Virus record (IMG/VR): IMGVR_UViG_3300037420_000764
Location: 1 to 42,846 of that record
Length of the DNA: 42,846 nt
Strand: one strand, 5' to 3'
Source of the DNA: a virus
Lineage: Duplodnaviria; Caudoviricetes
In this document: positions 8,719-16,620 of the stretch, in pieces
Layout of the letters: every line of letters begins with the position of its first letter
Numbering within the stretch: position 1 is the first letter of the stretch
Position numbers and translations under genes: made by a program
Notes under the pieces: generated by a model
Databases searched by the model: none
What the model saw: only the letters and a program-made list of their open reading frames with translations
Told to the model about the DNA's origin: nothing

Positions 8719-9162
8719 TTAAGCTCCGGTGTATCCTTGCGCGGAGACAATAGTTGCGGTTGCGGTAGTAAGCAGCGCGACGTTGAGCGCCGTGTTTGCC
8801 GTCGTTCTCAGTGGCGGGTCGAACCGTATGTACTCGCCAAAGGTCATCGATGCTCCGACATGACCGCGGAAGATGATTGTTGCGCCGTCCTTGAGAACGA
8901 TCTCGCTTGCGACTGCTGCAGTATTCTTGAACCAGATGGTTTGCAGGTAATTGCGAATGCCTGCCCCTGCCGCTGCGGCGATCGCGACATCGGCGGTGTT
9001 GGTGATGCCTCCGGTTGCGCCGGCGAACTGGAATGCAGTCTCGGCGATGATGTTGCCGCTTCCGTCGGCCTGGGTCACTGCCTGGACAAAAGCCGTGTCG
9101 CCGTTGGTGAGCGTGAACTGCTTTCCCGAGCAGTAGGAATTGGGCATCCGGCTTATGGGCAT
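8719..9162 (-). CDS. Hypothetical beta-rich protein, possibly virion accessory
   Basis: AGGAGG RBS, T/A/G-rich composition; first gene of the late operon. Confidence 0.7.
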   Translation of the reverse strand: MPISRMPNSYCSGKQFTLTNGDTAFVQAVTQADGSGNIIAETAFQFAGATGGITNTADVAIAAAAGAGIRNYLQTIWFKNTAAVASEIVLKDGATIIFRGHVGASMTFGEYIRFDPPLRTTANTALNVALLTTATATIVSAQGYTGA

Positions 9163-9340
9163 GTTGGCCTCCTAGAGGTCGCGCAGCTCCGTAACTGGGT
9201 GTGGAAAAACGCCCGCGCCTCGAACAGAGCCGATCCTTTGATGACAGCTGTGGTCTTGGAGTGTGTCGGGTGATCGACGCGCGGGATCCGGCTTAGGAGA
9301 AGGGGGGCTCTCAACTGCCGGAATCAAATACGCGCCCTGA

Positions 9341-9370
9341 CAGCGGTTGCTGCGGGCGCGCGAAATCACA
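9341..9370 (-). terminator. Late-leader hairpin (tR'-like)
   Basis: CGCGCCCGCAGC-AACC-GCTGTCAGGGCGCG followed by TATTTGATT. Confidence 0.45.
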
Positions 9371-9379
9371 ATGGCATTT

Positions 9380-9407
9380 AGTTACATTATGGCCTGAGGC
9401 TTGTAAA
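9380..9407 (-). promoter_or_regulatory. Putative late promoter
   Basis: TTTACA-N16-GTAACT in an AT-rich island upstream of the packaging operon. Confidence 0.4.
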
Positions 9408-9415
9408 TAGGCGAA

Positions 9416-9595
9416 CTATTCACCCACGATCGGTATTCCATTTTCGCCCACCACATACTCGTAATGCTTGGAGCCTACGCACGTCATGCGAGGCTTCCAG
9501 AACTCCCAAAAGCGACGGCGTTGCCAGATCGGCATATCGAGTATGATAATGTCGCCAAGCTGCGCCTTGTGCCAACTATCTTCAGGGTATTTCAT
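9416..9595 (-). CDS. 59-aa hypothetical protein (MKYPEDSWHKAQLGDIIILDMPIW...), not in ORF track
   Basis: Hand-translated; ATGA overlap with the upstream stop. Confidence 0.55.
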   Translation of the reverse strand: MKYPEDSWHKAQLGDIIILDMPIWQRRRFWEFWKPRMTCVGSKHYEYVVGENGIPIVGE

Positions 9596-10140
9596 GCTGC
9601 CACCAATAACATGTGCCCGACCTGCCCGAGCAATAAAAAGGCGGCTAGGCTGAACCGCAGCTTCTCATCCTTCCGCATCATCTGCGGTGGGCGTCCTGTC
9701 TCCAGCACAACACCGTCCAGTGTCGACAGGAGGTGGGCAGGAATGGCAAGGCGGGCGAAGTGGTAGTTCTCTCTCGCCTCGGCCTGTGCCTTGTAGCGGG
9801 CGAGCAGGTCGGATGATCCGAATGAACCACCTCCTGCCCCACCATAGTTCGCTGTGCAGCCGATCGTCTGGAAGCCCAACTGATACGCCGATGCGTAAAA
9901 TTCGCACGCCGCAGCCTGTTCAGCATTAATGATCCCTGCCCTCTGCATGAGCTCGATCCGAGTGAGCCGGCGAAGCGTTTTCGTCTCGCCTGACCTGACC
10001 ATTGCGCGCTGGTCTGCTTCGCTGTGGTTCGATACACCGCAGACGGCATAAAGCTGATTGCTGATCTGTGCCGCTGGGAGAATGGATTCCGCCAACTTCA
10101 GGACCGGATCTATCTTGGTCTTACGCCTACGCCTTCTCAC
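9592..10140 (-). CDS. Putative late transcription regulator / antiterminator (Q position)
   Basis: Last gene of the early-right operon; IELMQRAGIINAEQAAAC..Y motif; GTG start with GGGAG RBS. Confidence 0.55.
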   Translation of the reverse strand: MRRRRRKTKIDPVLKLAESILPAAQISNQLYAVCGVSNHSEADQRAMVRSGETKTLRRLTRIELMQRAGIINAEQAAACEFYASAYQLGFQTIGCTANYGGAGGGSFGSSDLLARYKAQAEARENYHFARLAIPAHLLSTLDGVVLETGRPPQMMRKDEKLRFSLAAFLLLGQVGHMLLVAA

Positions 10141-10271
10141 TAACGATCTCCCTTCCGCAAAATCTGCCAGACCTGAAACCAGTGGTATCCTTCGATGGTG
10201 AGGCACAGCAGGAAGGCCGAACCTAGGACACCGCCGGCCGTCTTGAGCGCAATGCCAACTGCCCGAGTCAT
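10140..10271 (-). CDS. 43-aa hydrophobic protein (MTRAVGIALK...)
   Basis: Hand-translated; TAATG overlap and GGAGG upstream. Confidence 0.5.
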   Translation of the reverse strand: MTRAVGIALKTAGGVLGSAFLLCLTIEGYHWFQVWQILRKGDR

Positions 10272-11689
10272 TACCTTCCTCCGGTGGATGAGGAGTCGGT
10301 CTCTATGAAACACGATTTTCGGTAGTCGTAGGTGACCTTCACGCTGCCGCGTCGACCAGGATAGCCCTTACGCACCTTGGTCACGCACAACTCTGCGTTG
10401 TCTTTTCCGTCGCGGTGGTAGCTCAGCCCGAAGTCGGCTTTATTGGCCCAGTTCGCTGAGCCTGATATATCGAGCAATCGCGGCATCCTGACCTTGCCCT
10501 CGAACGGCTTAGTCGGGTGCGCGATGATCCAGAACGCAACATCGTAAACCTTGGCGAAGCGCTTGATCGCTCGCAGTGCGCGGCCGATGTATTTCGTTTC
10601 GTTTTCGCCTTGCCGCTCTTTGTGTTCGAGCTCGTTCCAAGGATCGATGACGATAACCCTGGTGCCGCGGCGAAGGACTGAGGTCCGGCACAAGTCGAGG
10701 AAATATTCGAGGTTCATTTCCTCGTCCTCGTCAACCGATTGGCTGATGATGTTCAGCTTTTCGCGAATGATCCGATCACATGAGGCCGTGTCGGCATGGC
10801 TAAGCTCGTGGCCGCCGATGCCAAGCATCGTTCGGCGCAGATCGTTGAGCAGGATCGGCTTAACGTCGGTCTCGAATGACGCGAGACAAGTGGGGATGCC
10901 GCGCTTCAGAAGATTGGCGACGATGCAATCCATGATCGTCGATTTGCCGGTGTTGGCGTGGCCGGTGAAAACCGTGAGTGTGCCAGTCACGATGGACAGC
11001 GCCGGCTTGTCGTATTCGCCCTGATCCGTGAGAGCATCTATGCCGGTGGGCCACACTGTGAGGTCGGGCCGATCCGGGAAATCGTCGATCGTATAGAGGC
11101 CCTTGACCGGGAATGGCTTGGCATCGTCGAGCACTTTTCTCGCGTGCTCGGTCCCATAGGCCCGAAGCGCATCGTTCAGATCCTTTGCGTCATGTCCGTA
11201 TTCCACGAACGAACACCGATCGGCGCCAAGGTGGGCGACAAGGTTCGTTCGGAGCTTCAGGCCCGGCTCGTCGCTGTCCGTGGCAAGGATGAAAGTCTCA
11301 ACCCTGTTGAGCAAATCACGAGCATCCCACAGGTAGGACAGATCGCCCTCACCGCCCGACGCGCCGTTCGGAACGGAGACTGCCCGATAACCGAGGCCGA
11401 TCGCTACCAGCGCATCCCACTCGCCCTCGCAGATCACGACCGGTTTCTTCGAGTCTTCGAGCAGGCAATCGTGGTTCCACAGGGTCAGCCGCCCTCCGGT
11501 GTCCATCTCGTGGCGCTTTTCGGAGATCAACCGATACTTGTGGTTCACCACTCGGCCGCGTTCGACGTAGGGAACCGACAGCCATGCCTTGCCGTGGCGG
11601 TTGACCGTCTCCAATCCGAACTTGCGGGCTAGGTCTACGGAAATCCCGCGGGCTTCGATCCAGTCGGCGTGCTTCCGGTGAAGCGGCAG
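10271..11689 (-). CDS. Toprim primase / SF4 helicase (T7 gp4/Twinkle-like) lacking an in-frame zinc-binding domain
   Basis: Toprim ICEGEWDAL, SVPNGA, LATDSDEPG, KDLND; helicase TGHANTGKS, VIDPWN, DISGS. Start uncertain (CTG 11689 or frameshift). Confidence 0.88.
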   Translation of the reverse strand: MPLHRKHADWIEARGISVDLARKFGLETVNRHGKAWLSVPYVERGRVVNHKYRLISEKRHEMDTGGRLTLWNHDCLLEDSKKPVVICEGEWDALVAIGLGYRAVSVPNGASGGEGDLSYLWDARDLLNRVETFILATDSDEPGLKLRTNLVAHLGADRCSFVEYGHDAKDLNDALRAYGTEHARKVLDDAKPFPVKGLYTIDDFPDRPDLTVWPTGIDALTDQGEYDKPALSIVTGTLTVFTGHANTGKSTIMDCIVANLLKRGIPTCLASFETDVKPILLNDLRRTMLGIGGHELSHADTASCDRIIREKLNIISQSVDEDEEMNLEYFLDLCRTSVLRRGTRVIVIDPWNELEHKERQGENETKYIGRALRAIKRFAKVYDVAFWIIAHPTKPFEGKVRMPRLLDISGSANWANKADFGLSYHRDGKDNAELCVTKVRKGYPGRRGSVKVTYDYRKSCFIETDSSSTGGR

Positions 11690-11843
11690 TTGAGCCTCTG
11701 AAGCCGCAGCCAGCATAACATTTCCAGAAGAGTTCACCGTCCTGATCCTCCCAAACCTTCAAGCATTTTTCCCGCTTCTTCTTCCGAGTTGAGCTGCACT
11801 CGGGGCAGAGGAACTTCCCGGTTCCTGGCGGTCGCCACGTCAT
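11349..11843 (-). CDS. Primase-type zinc-binding domain ORF (CPEC...WKCYAGCGFRG) with out-of-frame tail
   Basis: ATGA-coupled to the upstream gene; first about 50 aa are Cys-rich. Confidence 0.7.
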   Translation of the reverse strand: MTWRPPGTGKFLCPECSSTRKKKREKCLKVWEDQDGELFWKCYAGCGFRGSTAASPEARRLDRSPRDFRRPSPQVRIGDGQPPRQGMAVGSLRRTRPSGEPQVSVDLRKAPRDGHRRAADPVEPRLPARRLEETGRDLRGRVGCAGSDRPRLSGSLRSERRVGR

Positions 11844-12508
11844 GCCCCGCCGTCCCACGTGAACTCGTCAGCGCTTTGCTTGAGGCAGCCGATGATGAAT
11901 GGAATGCGCTGGGCAGGCCGCTCAAGCTGCGCTTTGGTGATTGCTTGAGCCGTGGCTTCCTTGCCGTACTGGCTGCACCATTTGCCGATCAGAGAACCTG
12001 GATCAGCCCGCTCCGGTTTGAGGAAAGCCTTGGCTGAATCCCACAGGATTTGATCTGTATCCGCGCCGTTAGATTTATCTAACGGAAGTGGGTAGGGTAT
12101 GGGGGTTGGCGTTTCGTTGCCATTTCGTTGCAACGGCTTGCCAACGGGCGTTGAACCTCGTTTCCCTCTTTTCAATGACTTAGCTATCGCGCTAGCATTC
12201 CCGGCTGCGACTTGCTGGTCCCTCCGGCTTTGCAAATGCTGGAGTTCATTTTGCAATCTGGCTTGGTGCCAAAACCCGTCTTCGATCCTGAAAAACGGTT
12301 CAAGGATCGGTCGAACCTTGCGCCATTTGTCGCGCGTCATTTTGGTATATCTGGAGAGCAGCGCGTCATCGTCTGCAATGCAGCATCCAGACGAGCGCCA
12401 GGAGATGATGAGCAGCAACAGATAGGCGCCGTGCTCGAACGTGCTGAGATGCGTTGTGTCGCCGAGATAGGCGTCAGTGAACAGCGGCAAGGCGGGGAAC
12501 TCGGCCAT
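11840..12508 (-). CDS. DUF1376/YdaU-family replication initiator
   Basis: ALPLFTDAYLGDTTHLSTFEHGAYLLLL motif. Confidence 0.85.
   Translation of the reverse strand: MAEFPALPLFTDAYLGDTTHLSTFEHGAYLLLLIISWRSSGCCIADDDALLSRYTKMTRDKWRKVRPILEPFFRIEDGFWHQARLQNELQHLQSRRDQQVAAGNASAIAKSLKRGKRGSTPVGKPLQRNGNETPTPIPYPLPLDKSNGADTDQILWDSAKAFLKPERADPGSLIGKWCSQYGKEATAQAITKAQLERPAQRIPFIIGCLKQSADEFTWDGGA
12066..12165. promoter_or_regulatory. Candidate replication origin inside the initiator gene
   Basis: Perfect inverted repeat CCGTTAGAT-TT-ATCTAACGG (12066-12085), plus TTTCGTTGC x2 and CAACGG x2 iteron-like units. Confidence 0.5.
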
Positions 12509-12660
12509 CAGGCGTTTCGCACTCCGCAAAGCTGGATCAGGAGCTCGCATTCGCCGTCGGTGATTTCGCTGCGCTCGCGCTTGGACATGATGACCAGCTT
12601 GCGCGCCGAAGGATCTTCGATGCGGTTGAGGACGCGGGCGAGAGGTGAGAGGTTGCGCAT
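12508..12660 (-). CDS. 50-aa hypothetical protein (MRNLSPLARVLNRIED...)
   Basis: Hand-translated; TGATG overlap with the initiator. Confidence 0.55.
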   Translation of the reverse strand: MRNLSPLARVLNRIEDPSARKLVIMSKRERSEITDGECELLIQLCGVRNA

Positions 12661-12668
12661 CGACGATT

Positions 12669-13181
12669 CTATGCGCTCGCCTGGGCGTTGGGAAAAAGCC
12701 CAAAATGCGATTTATCCACACTCAGTGCTGCAACCGCTGCACTAAGAGACGGATCTGTTTCCATAAGACGCTCGATCGTACGAACGGCATGAATGACCGT
12801 GCTGTGGTCACGGCCGCCGAACCTTCGACCTATGCTGGAGAAGTTTTGCCCGCTTTTCCTCGCCAGAAACATCGCGACTTGGCGCGGGCGGGAAACGGCT
12901 TTTGTGCGGCACGATGATCTCATGCTTTCCAGCGGAATGTCGAAATGTGCAGCCACCGATTGCTGGATGTGGCGCACTAGCTGGGGATCCCTGGGCGTCG
13001 TTGGCGCAGGGGGAGCAGCTGGCTTCTTCCAAAGCTTAATCATCTGGTAGCGGCGCTTGCCGACGACCGCCGTTTGTGTGCGGTCGAGCAACCTAGCTAC
13101 CTTTTCGGCGGTGATACCTGCTGCCGAACACTCGCGGAGAAAGGCGAGCTCGTCCGGCTCCCATTTTAGGCGGGGCGTCAC
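12669..13181 (-). CDS. DnaA domain-IV (Bac_DnaA_C) protein with an N-terminal HTH-like region
   Basis: RPRQVAMFLAR...SSIGRRFGGRDHSTVIHA is the DnaA C-terminal signature. Confidence 0.85.
   Translation of the reverse strand: MTPRLKWEPDELAFLRECSAAGITAEKVARLLDRTQTAVVGKRRYQMIKLWKKPAAPPAPTTPRDPQLVRHIQQSVAAHFDIPLESMRSSCRTKAVSRPRQVAMFLARKSGQNFSSIGRRFGGRDHSTVIHAVRTIERLMETDPSLSAAVAALSVDKSHFGLFPNAQASA
12712..12720 (+). promoter_or_regulatory. Perfect DnaA box TTATCCACA
   Basis: Exact consensus match. Confidence 0.55.
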
Positions 13182-13306
13182 TTCGACCCCTTCTGAGCGA
13201 GTGCTTTCGCTTCCTGCGGCGTCCAGAATGAGGCGATGGACCGTCCGCCTCTGACGACGAGAACGCCGTCTCGAGGCGAGTCAGCGAGGGGATAGAAGCG
13301 GATCAT
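13178..13306 (-). CDS. 42-aa hypothetical protein (MIRFYPLADSP...)
   Basis: Hand-translated; 4-nt overlaps on both sides. Confidence 0.5.
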   Translation of the reverse strand: MIRFYPLADSPRDGVLVVRGGRSIASFWTPQEAKALAQKGSK

Positions 13307-13644
13307 CCGATCACCACGACGACTTTGCCGACCTTCTCAGGCAGGCCGAAGTGATAGGACGGGAGGAAGCGCTTATCGTTGACCTTCAGGGCATCAGCGA
13401 TGCCATCGATCAGCGGTTTGAGGCGGACAGGAAAATTACAACGGTCGCCGCGGTTGTCGGGCGGATAGAACGTGAAGCTGATGGGAATGTCGCCAGTCTC
13501 TGGCGCAGTCGCATCGGCCGCGAGAGTAGCCATTGCGGCCCACTTGCGGTGCTTGGCGACGATGGAGCTTGTGTTCCACCATTTGCCCTTGGCGTGGCCG
13601 CTGAGCGCTGCCGGCGGGAATGGGAGTTCGATAAGAGCGCTCAT
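13303..13644 (-). CDS. rusA: RusA-like Holliday junction resolvase
   Basis: IELPFPP...FYPPDNRGDRCN...KPLIDGIADALKVNDKRF. Confidence 0.7.
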   Translation of the reverse strand: MSALIELPFPPAALSGHAKGKWWNTSSIVAKHRKWAAMATLAADATAPETGDIPISFTFYPPDNRGDRCNFPVRLKPLIDGIADALKVNDKRFLPSYHFGLPEKVGKVVVVIG

Positions 13645-13796
13645 GCCCACACCTTCGGGACGCGCTTAAGTGCTGCGGCTCTGCGCTTGGCGAAGTCCTG
13701 CGTCTCGAACTTGCGCTTGTTTGCCTCGACCAGCTTCTGAAGCTCGCGACAGGCGCGCTTGTGACGGATCATGAAGAAGAAACTGCGGAGGGTCAT
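13641..13796 (-). CDS. 51-aa basic hypothetical protein
   Basis: Hand-translated; ATGA overlaps on both sides. Confidence 0.55.
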   Translation of the reverse strand: MTLRSFFFMIRHKRACRELQKLVEANKRKFETQDFAKRRAAALKRVPKVWA

Positions 13797-14326
13797 GCTG
13801 CCCTCCCGATGAATTGGGCTGGCGCTTCACCGGTCTGATCGAACAGATACCAGCAGCAGTTATCCTTGCCGGTGAACGGCGAGTCTGGAATCCATTTGAC
13901 CCTGCCGACGCTCACGATCTTCCGGAGGTAGGAAATGAACGGAGCCGATTGTCTGGTGTGCATCCAGTCCGCATCGAACAGAAGCCACGTTGGGAGCTGG
14001 CGCGATAGGTTAAGAATGATCAGATGCAGCACGTCCCGCGACCAGGGAGGATTTGTGATGAACACGCCTTCGCGCACCGGATAGTCGTAAGAGGTCGCGT
14101 CCCTCGGCAGAACCAAGAAGCCATCGACTGCCCGATGCTCGATGTCATAGGCACCAATGCAGGTGTGCCCTGCGGACTGTAGGTGGCGAACCAGCGCCCC
14201 ATCGCCCACACACGGTTCGGTGAAACGGCTGCACAGCGGCAAATGAGGCAGCAACGGAACGACAGCCTCATATGGCGTTGGGTAAAAGTCCCGCTCAAAG
14301 CGCTCGAAGGAGGACCGCTTACCCAT
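13793..14326 (-). CDS. Orphan amino-DNA methyltransferase
   Basis: DFYPTP, SAM motif EPCVGDG, catalytic ITNPPW. Confidence 0.85.
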   Translation of the reverse strand: MGKRSSFERFERDFYPTPYEAVVPLLPHLPLCSRFTEPCVGDGALVRHLQSAGHTCIGAYDIEHRAVDGFLVLPRDATSYDYPVREGVFITNPPWSRDVLHLIILNLSRQLPTWLLFDADWMHTRQSAPFISYLRKIVSVGRVKWIPDSPFTGKDNCCWYLFDQTGEAPAQFIGRAA

Positions 14327-14649
14327 TACGCCGCCTGACTCCTGCGAACAGGCGTATCCAGATCGAGTGGGCGTTGCTTGGCGCGGAAAGCTCGTTCAGC
14401 AGCGCTCTCGTTCAGCCTGTCCTCAATCTCGGGGAATGCATCCAGCGCTCGCATCCACACCACGAAGCCCATCTCGGCCTCACCGGCGATGTACTTGGCT
14501 ACCTGATCGTCAGAGCGACCTAGAGCGTAGGCCATGTCGTTGAGTGTGAGCCCGCGCGCGTTCTTCACCTGAAGCAGCGCAGTACCGAGATCGCCAAGTA
14601 CCTCAGACTGAGGGCGATTTCGGATACCGTGGATTAGCGGGGTGGCCAT
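14326..14649 (-). CDS. HTH regulator (cII position)
   Basis: GLTLNDMAYALGRSDDQVAKYIAG helix-turn-helix. Confidence 0.7.
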   Translation of the reverse strand: MATPLIHGIRNRPQSEVLGDLGTALLQVKNARGLTLNDMAYALGRSDDQVAKYIAGEAEMGFVVWMRALDAFPEIEDRLNESAAERAFRAKQRPLDLDTPVRRSQAA

Positions 14650-14664
14650 GAATTAAATATCCGT

Positions 14665-14856
14665 TCACCGCCCACAAGAAGGCGGAGTTGAAAGAGAAAA
14701 CGAATGTCTAGCGTTGGAATTGGCCCGCTCACTGAGCTCGGCAGCGATGCGGGCGGGCCTCAACCCCTCAGGAACCTGAGGCCAGTCGCCATTGGCGAGA
14801 TAGTCCGCGGAATCGTAGCGCGTCTTGAGAACGCGGTTGATGAGGCTCCAGAGCAC
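14665..14856 (-). CDS. Hypothetical protein
   Basis: 63-aa ORF in operon orientation. Confidence 0.45.
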   Translation of the reverse strand: MLWSLINRVLKTRYDSADYLANGDWPQVPEGLRPARIAAELSERANSNARHSFSLSTPPSCGR

Positions 14857-14884
14857 CTTTATAGTTCCGAATGCTCGGCAGAGC

Positions 14885-14922
14885 GGCGACCAGAGGCGTG
14901 GGGCATGTCACCTCTGGTCGCC
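14885..14922. other. Strong inverted repeat (12-bp perfect stem)
   Basis: GGCGACCAGAGG-N14-CCTCTGGTCGCC; located at the tR1-like position. Confidence 0.6.
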
Positions 14923-14953
14923 AACTGCATGGCAGGAGCGGGCCATGCGGGAA

Positions 14954-15265
14954 TCATGCTGCCACCAAGCGCAGTTCGCGCGGCACACCCGCAATGTTGA
15001 ACAGACGTTGGTTCAGCCTGAGCGAAAGGGCGATGATTGCCCTCTCAATGGCTCGCGCTTCCCTGCGCGTTTCGGCAGAAGCGATCTTGAACGCTTCGAT
15101 CTTGCCTTCATTGGCAAGCAGCCATTTGCCGAATGCCCCGAGCCTTCTATTGCGGGCCGCGACATAATGCAGATGCAGTCGGTACTCTGGCGGACCCTGG
15201 GTTTCACCAATGTAGCGAACCTCACGGTCGCCGATCAGGCGAAGGCCATAGACATAGAGCGTCAT
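14954..15265 (-). CDS. GIY-YIG-like nuclease
   Basis: YVYGL...RYIGET...RL..H and a distal E..I...LFN motif. Confidence 0.7.
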   Translation of the reverse strand: MTLYVYGLRLIGDREVRYIGETQGPPEYRLHLHYVAARNRRLGAFGKWLLANEGKIEAFKIASAETRREARAIERAIIALSLRLNQRLFNIAGVPRELRLVAA

Positions 15266-15486
15266 GCTGCCGCTCGTGTCGGTTCGTCCGACCTCGGCTT
15301 GCGTGGCTTGATCGTCTCCGCGAGCTCTTCAAGGCTGCCCCACTCCTTTTCGGCAAAGAGCTTCCAATGCTCAGCCGGGATGCTTTCCCTTTGAATCCAG
15401 GAGCGAACGGTATGGATTGAGGCTCCAGTCGCATCAGCGACGGCCTCAACTCCAGCCGTTCTTACAATTTCAGAGTGATCGCGCAT
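15262..15486 (-). CDS. cro: Cro-like regulator
   Basis: HTH VADATGASIHTVRSWIQRESIPAEHW; divergent from the repressor. Confidence 0.75.
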   Translation of the reverse strand: MRDHSEIVRTAGVEAVADATGASIHTVRSWIQRESIPAEHWKLFAEKEWGSLEELAETIKPRKPRSDEPTRAAA

Positions 15487-15492
15487 CCACCT

Positions 15493-15529
15493 ATAATGCA
15501 CAATGCATCAGTTAGTGCAAGATGCCTTT
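15493..15529. promoter_or_regulatory. OR operators and pR promoter
   Basis: TAATGCA-CAA-TGCATCA (15494-15510) and TAGTGCA-AGA-TGCCTTT (15513-15529); minus-strand TTGCAC-N16-CATTAT ends 6 nt before the cro ATG. Confidence 0.75.
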
Positions 15530-15558
15530 TGCACGACAAGTCGATTTATTTTGGCTTC

Positions 15559-16221
15559 ATGAGTGATGCATCGGAGCGATTGAAGCAGGCGCGGGTCAAG
15601 GCTGGCTATGATTCAGCCAAGGGAGCGGCTGAGGCGATGGGCGTTTCTGTGCCCACCTATATTCAGCATGAAAACGGGATCCGCGGATACCCTGCTGGCC
15701 GCGCTGCTCGCTACGCTCGTTTCTTCCGCGTTAAGCCTGAGTGGTTACTTTACGGAAAGGCGCAGGCGGACACGGTGGTTGAACTCGGCCCCCGATTGTA
15801 TGTGGTAGGAAAAGTTGCCGCTGGCGTTTTCAGTGAACAGTGGCGAAAGCCAGAGAGCGATTGGGAAGCATTTACTGGTCGCTCTGATATCACGGCGCCG
15901 TTGAAAGACCGGTTCGGCCTCGAAGTCGCTGGCGACTCCATGAACCTGGTCTATCCGGAAGGCGCGATCCTCGAATGCGTCTGGTATTTTGGCGATGAAC
16001 CGATTCCTAACGGAAAGCGCGTCATCGTTCAGCGCACTAAAAAGAACGGAACCCTAGAGGCGACAGTGAAAGAGCTTGTGCGCGATGGCGACGGTATTGA
16101 ATGGCTCGTGCCGCGTTCGTCCAATCCCGTGCATCAGGCTTTCCGTGGCGATCAGCCTGGCGAGGGCATTACCCGCGTGGAAATTATAGCCGTGGTGGTA
16201 GCCTCAATCCGTCCAGAATAG
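15559..16221 (+). CDS. cI: CI-like repressor (HTH + S24 peptidase)
   Basis: XRE HTH, VAAG cleavage site, GDSMN catalytic Ser, ATVKE catalytic Lys. Confidence 0.92.
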   Translation: MSDASERLKQARVKAGYDSAKGAAEAMGVSVPTYIQHENGIRGYPAGRAARYARFFRVKPEWLLYGKAQADTVVELGPRLYVVGKVAAGVFSEQWRKPESDWEAFTGRSDITAPLKDRFGLEVAGDSMNLVYPEGAILECVWYFGDEPIPNGKRVIVQRTKKNGTLEATVKELVRDGDGIEWLVPRSSNPVHQAFRGDQPGEGITRVEIIAVVVASIRPE

Positions 16222-16247
16222 AGAGAACCGCAAAATAATTTTCGCAA

Positions 16248-16291
16248 TGATGCGTTTTGCACTTGCCATGTGGTGATGCAATGTGCATTAT
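16248..16291 (+). promoter_or_regulatory. OL operators and pL promoter
   Basis: TGATGCG-TTT-TGCACTT (16248-16264), TGATGCA-ATG-TGCATTA (16274-16290); TTGCCA-N17-CATTAT. Confidence 0.75.
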
Positions 16292-16315
16292 CGTCTCCAT
16301 CAACGGAGGCACGGA

Positions 16316-16471
16316 ATGGCACAGCACGCAATCATCCAGATCGAAGAGACCTTCAAGGTTCTCAATCTCCGCAGCATGTGCGCTTACGGGTCGTTCGAGA
16401 CCCGCGAGGAAGCCGAAGCGGCGATTGCCGCAGCTGCCAAGGCTGACCAGCTTTCCCGGTGCGGCCAGTGA
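16316..16471 (+). CDS. Early hypothetical protein
   Basis: GGAGG RBS; first gene after pL. Confidence 0.7.
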   Translation: MAQHAIIQIEETFKVLNLRSMCAYGSFETREEAEAAIAAAAKADQLSRCGQ

Positions 16472-16620
16472 GCCGCGCCGAGGAACAGCGCCTCCGTTAC
16501 GAGAGGATGATAGCTGACGGACAGGCCGCGCTGCGTCGCTGGTCGCCATCCAATCCCATGCGCGCCACAATCGAACTGAACATCGATTGGGCAATGCGCC
16601 AATTGGCGGAGGTGCGCTGA
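16468..16620 (+). CDS. 50-aa hypothetical protein (MSRAEEQRLRYERM...)
   Basis: Hand-translated; GTGA and TGATG coupling. Confidence 0.55.
   Translation: MSRAEEQRLRYERMIADGQAALRRWSPSNPMRATIELNIDWAMRQLAEVR

Noticed and set aside
13793-14326. Restriction-modification system
   Set aside because: No adjacent restriction endonuclease; orphan methyltransferases are common in phages.
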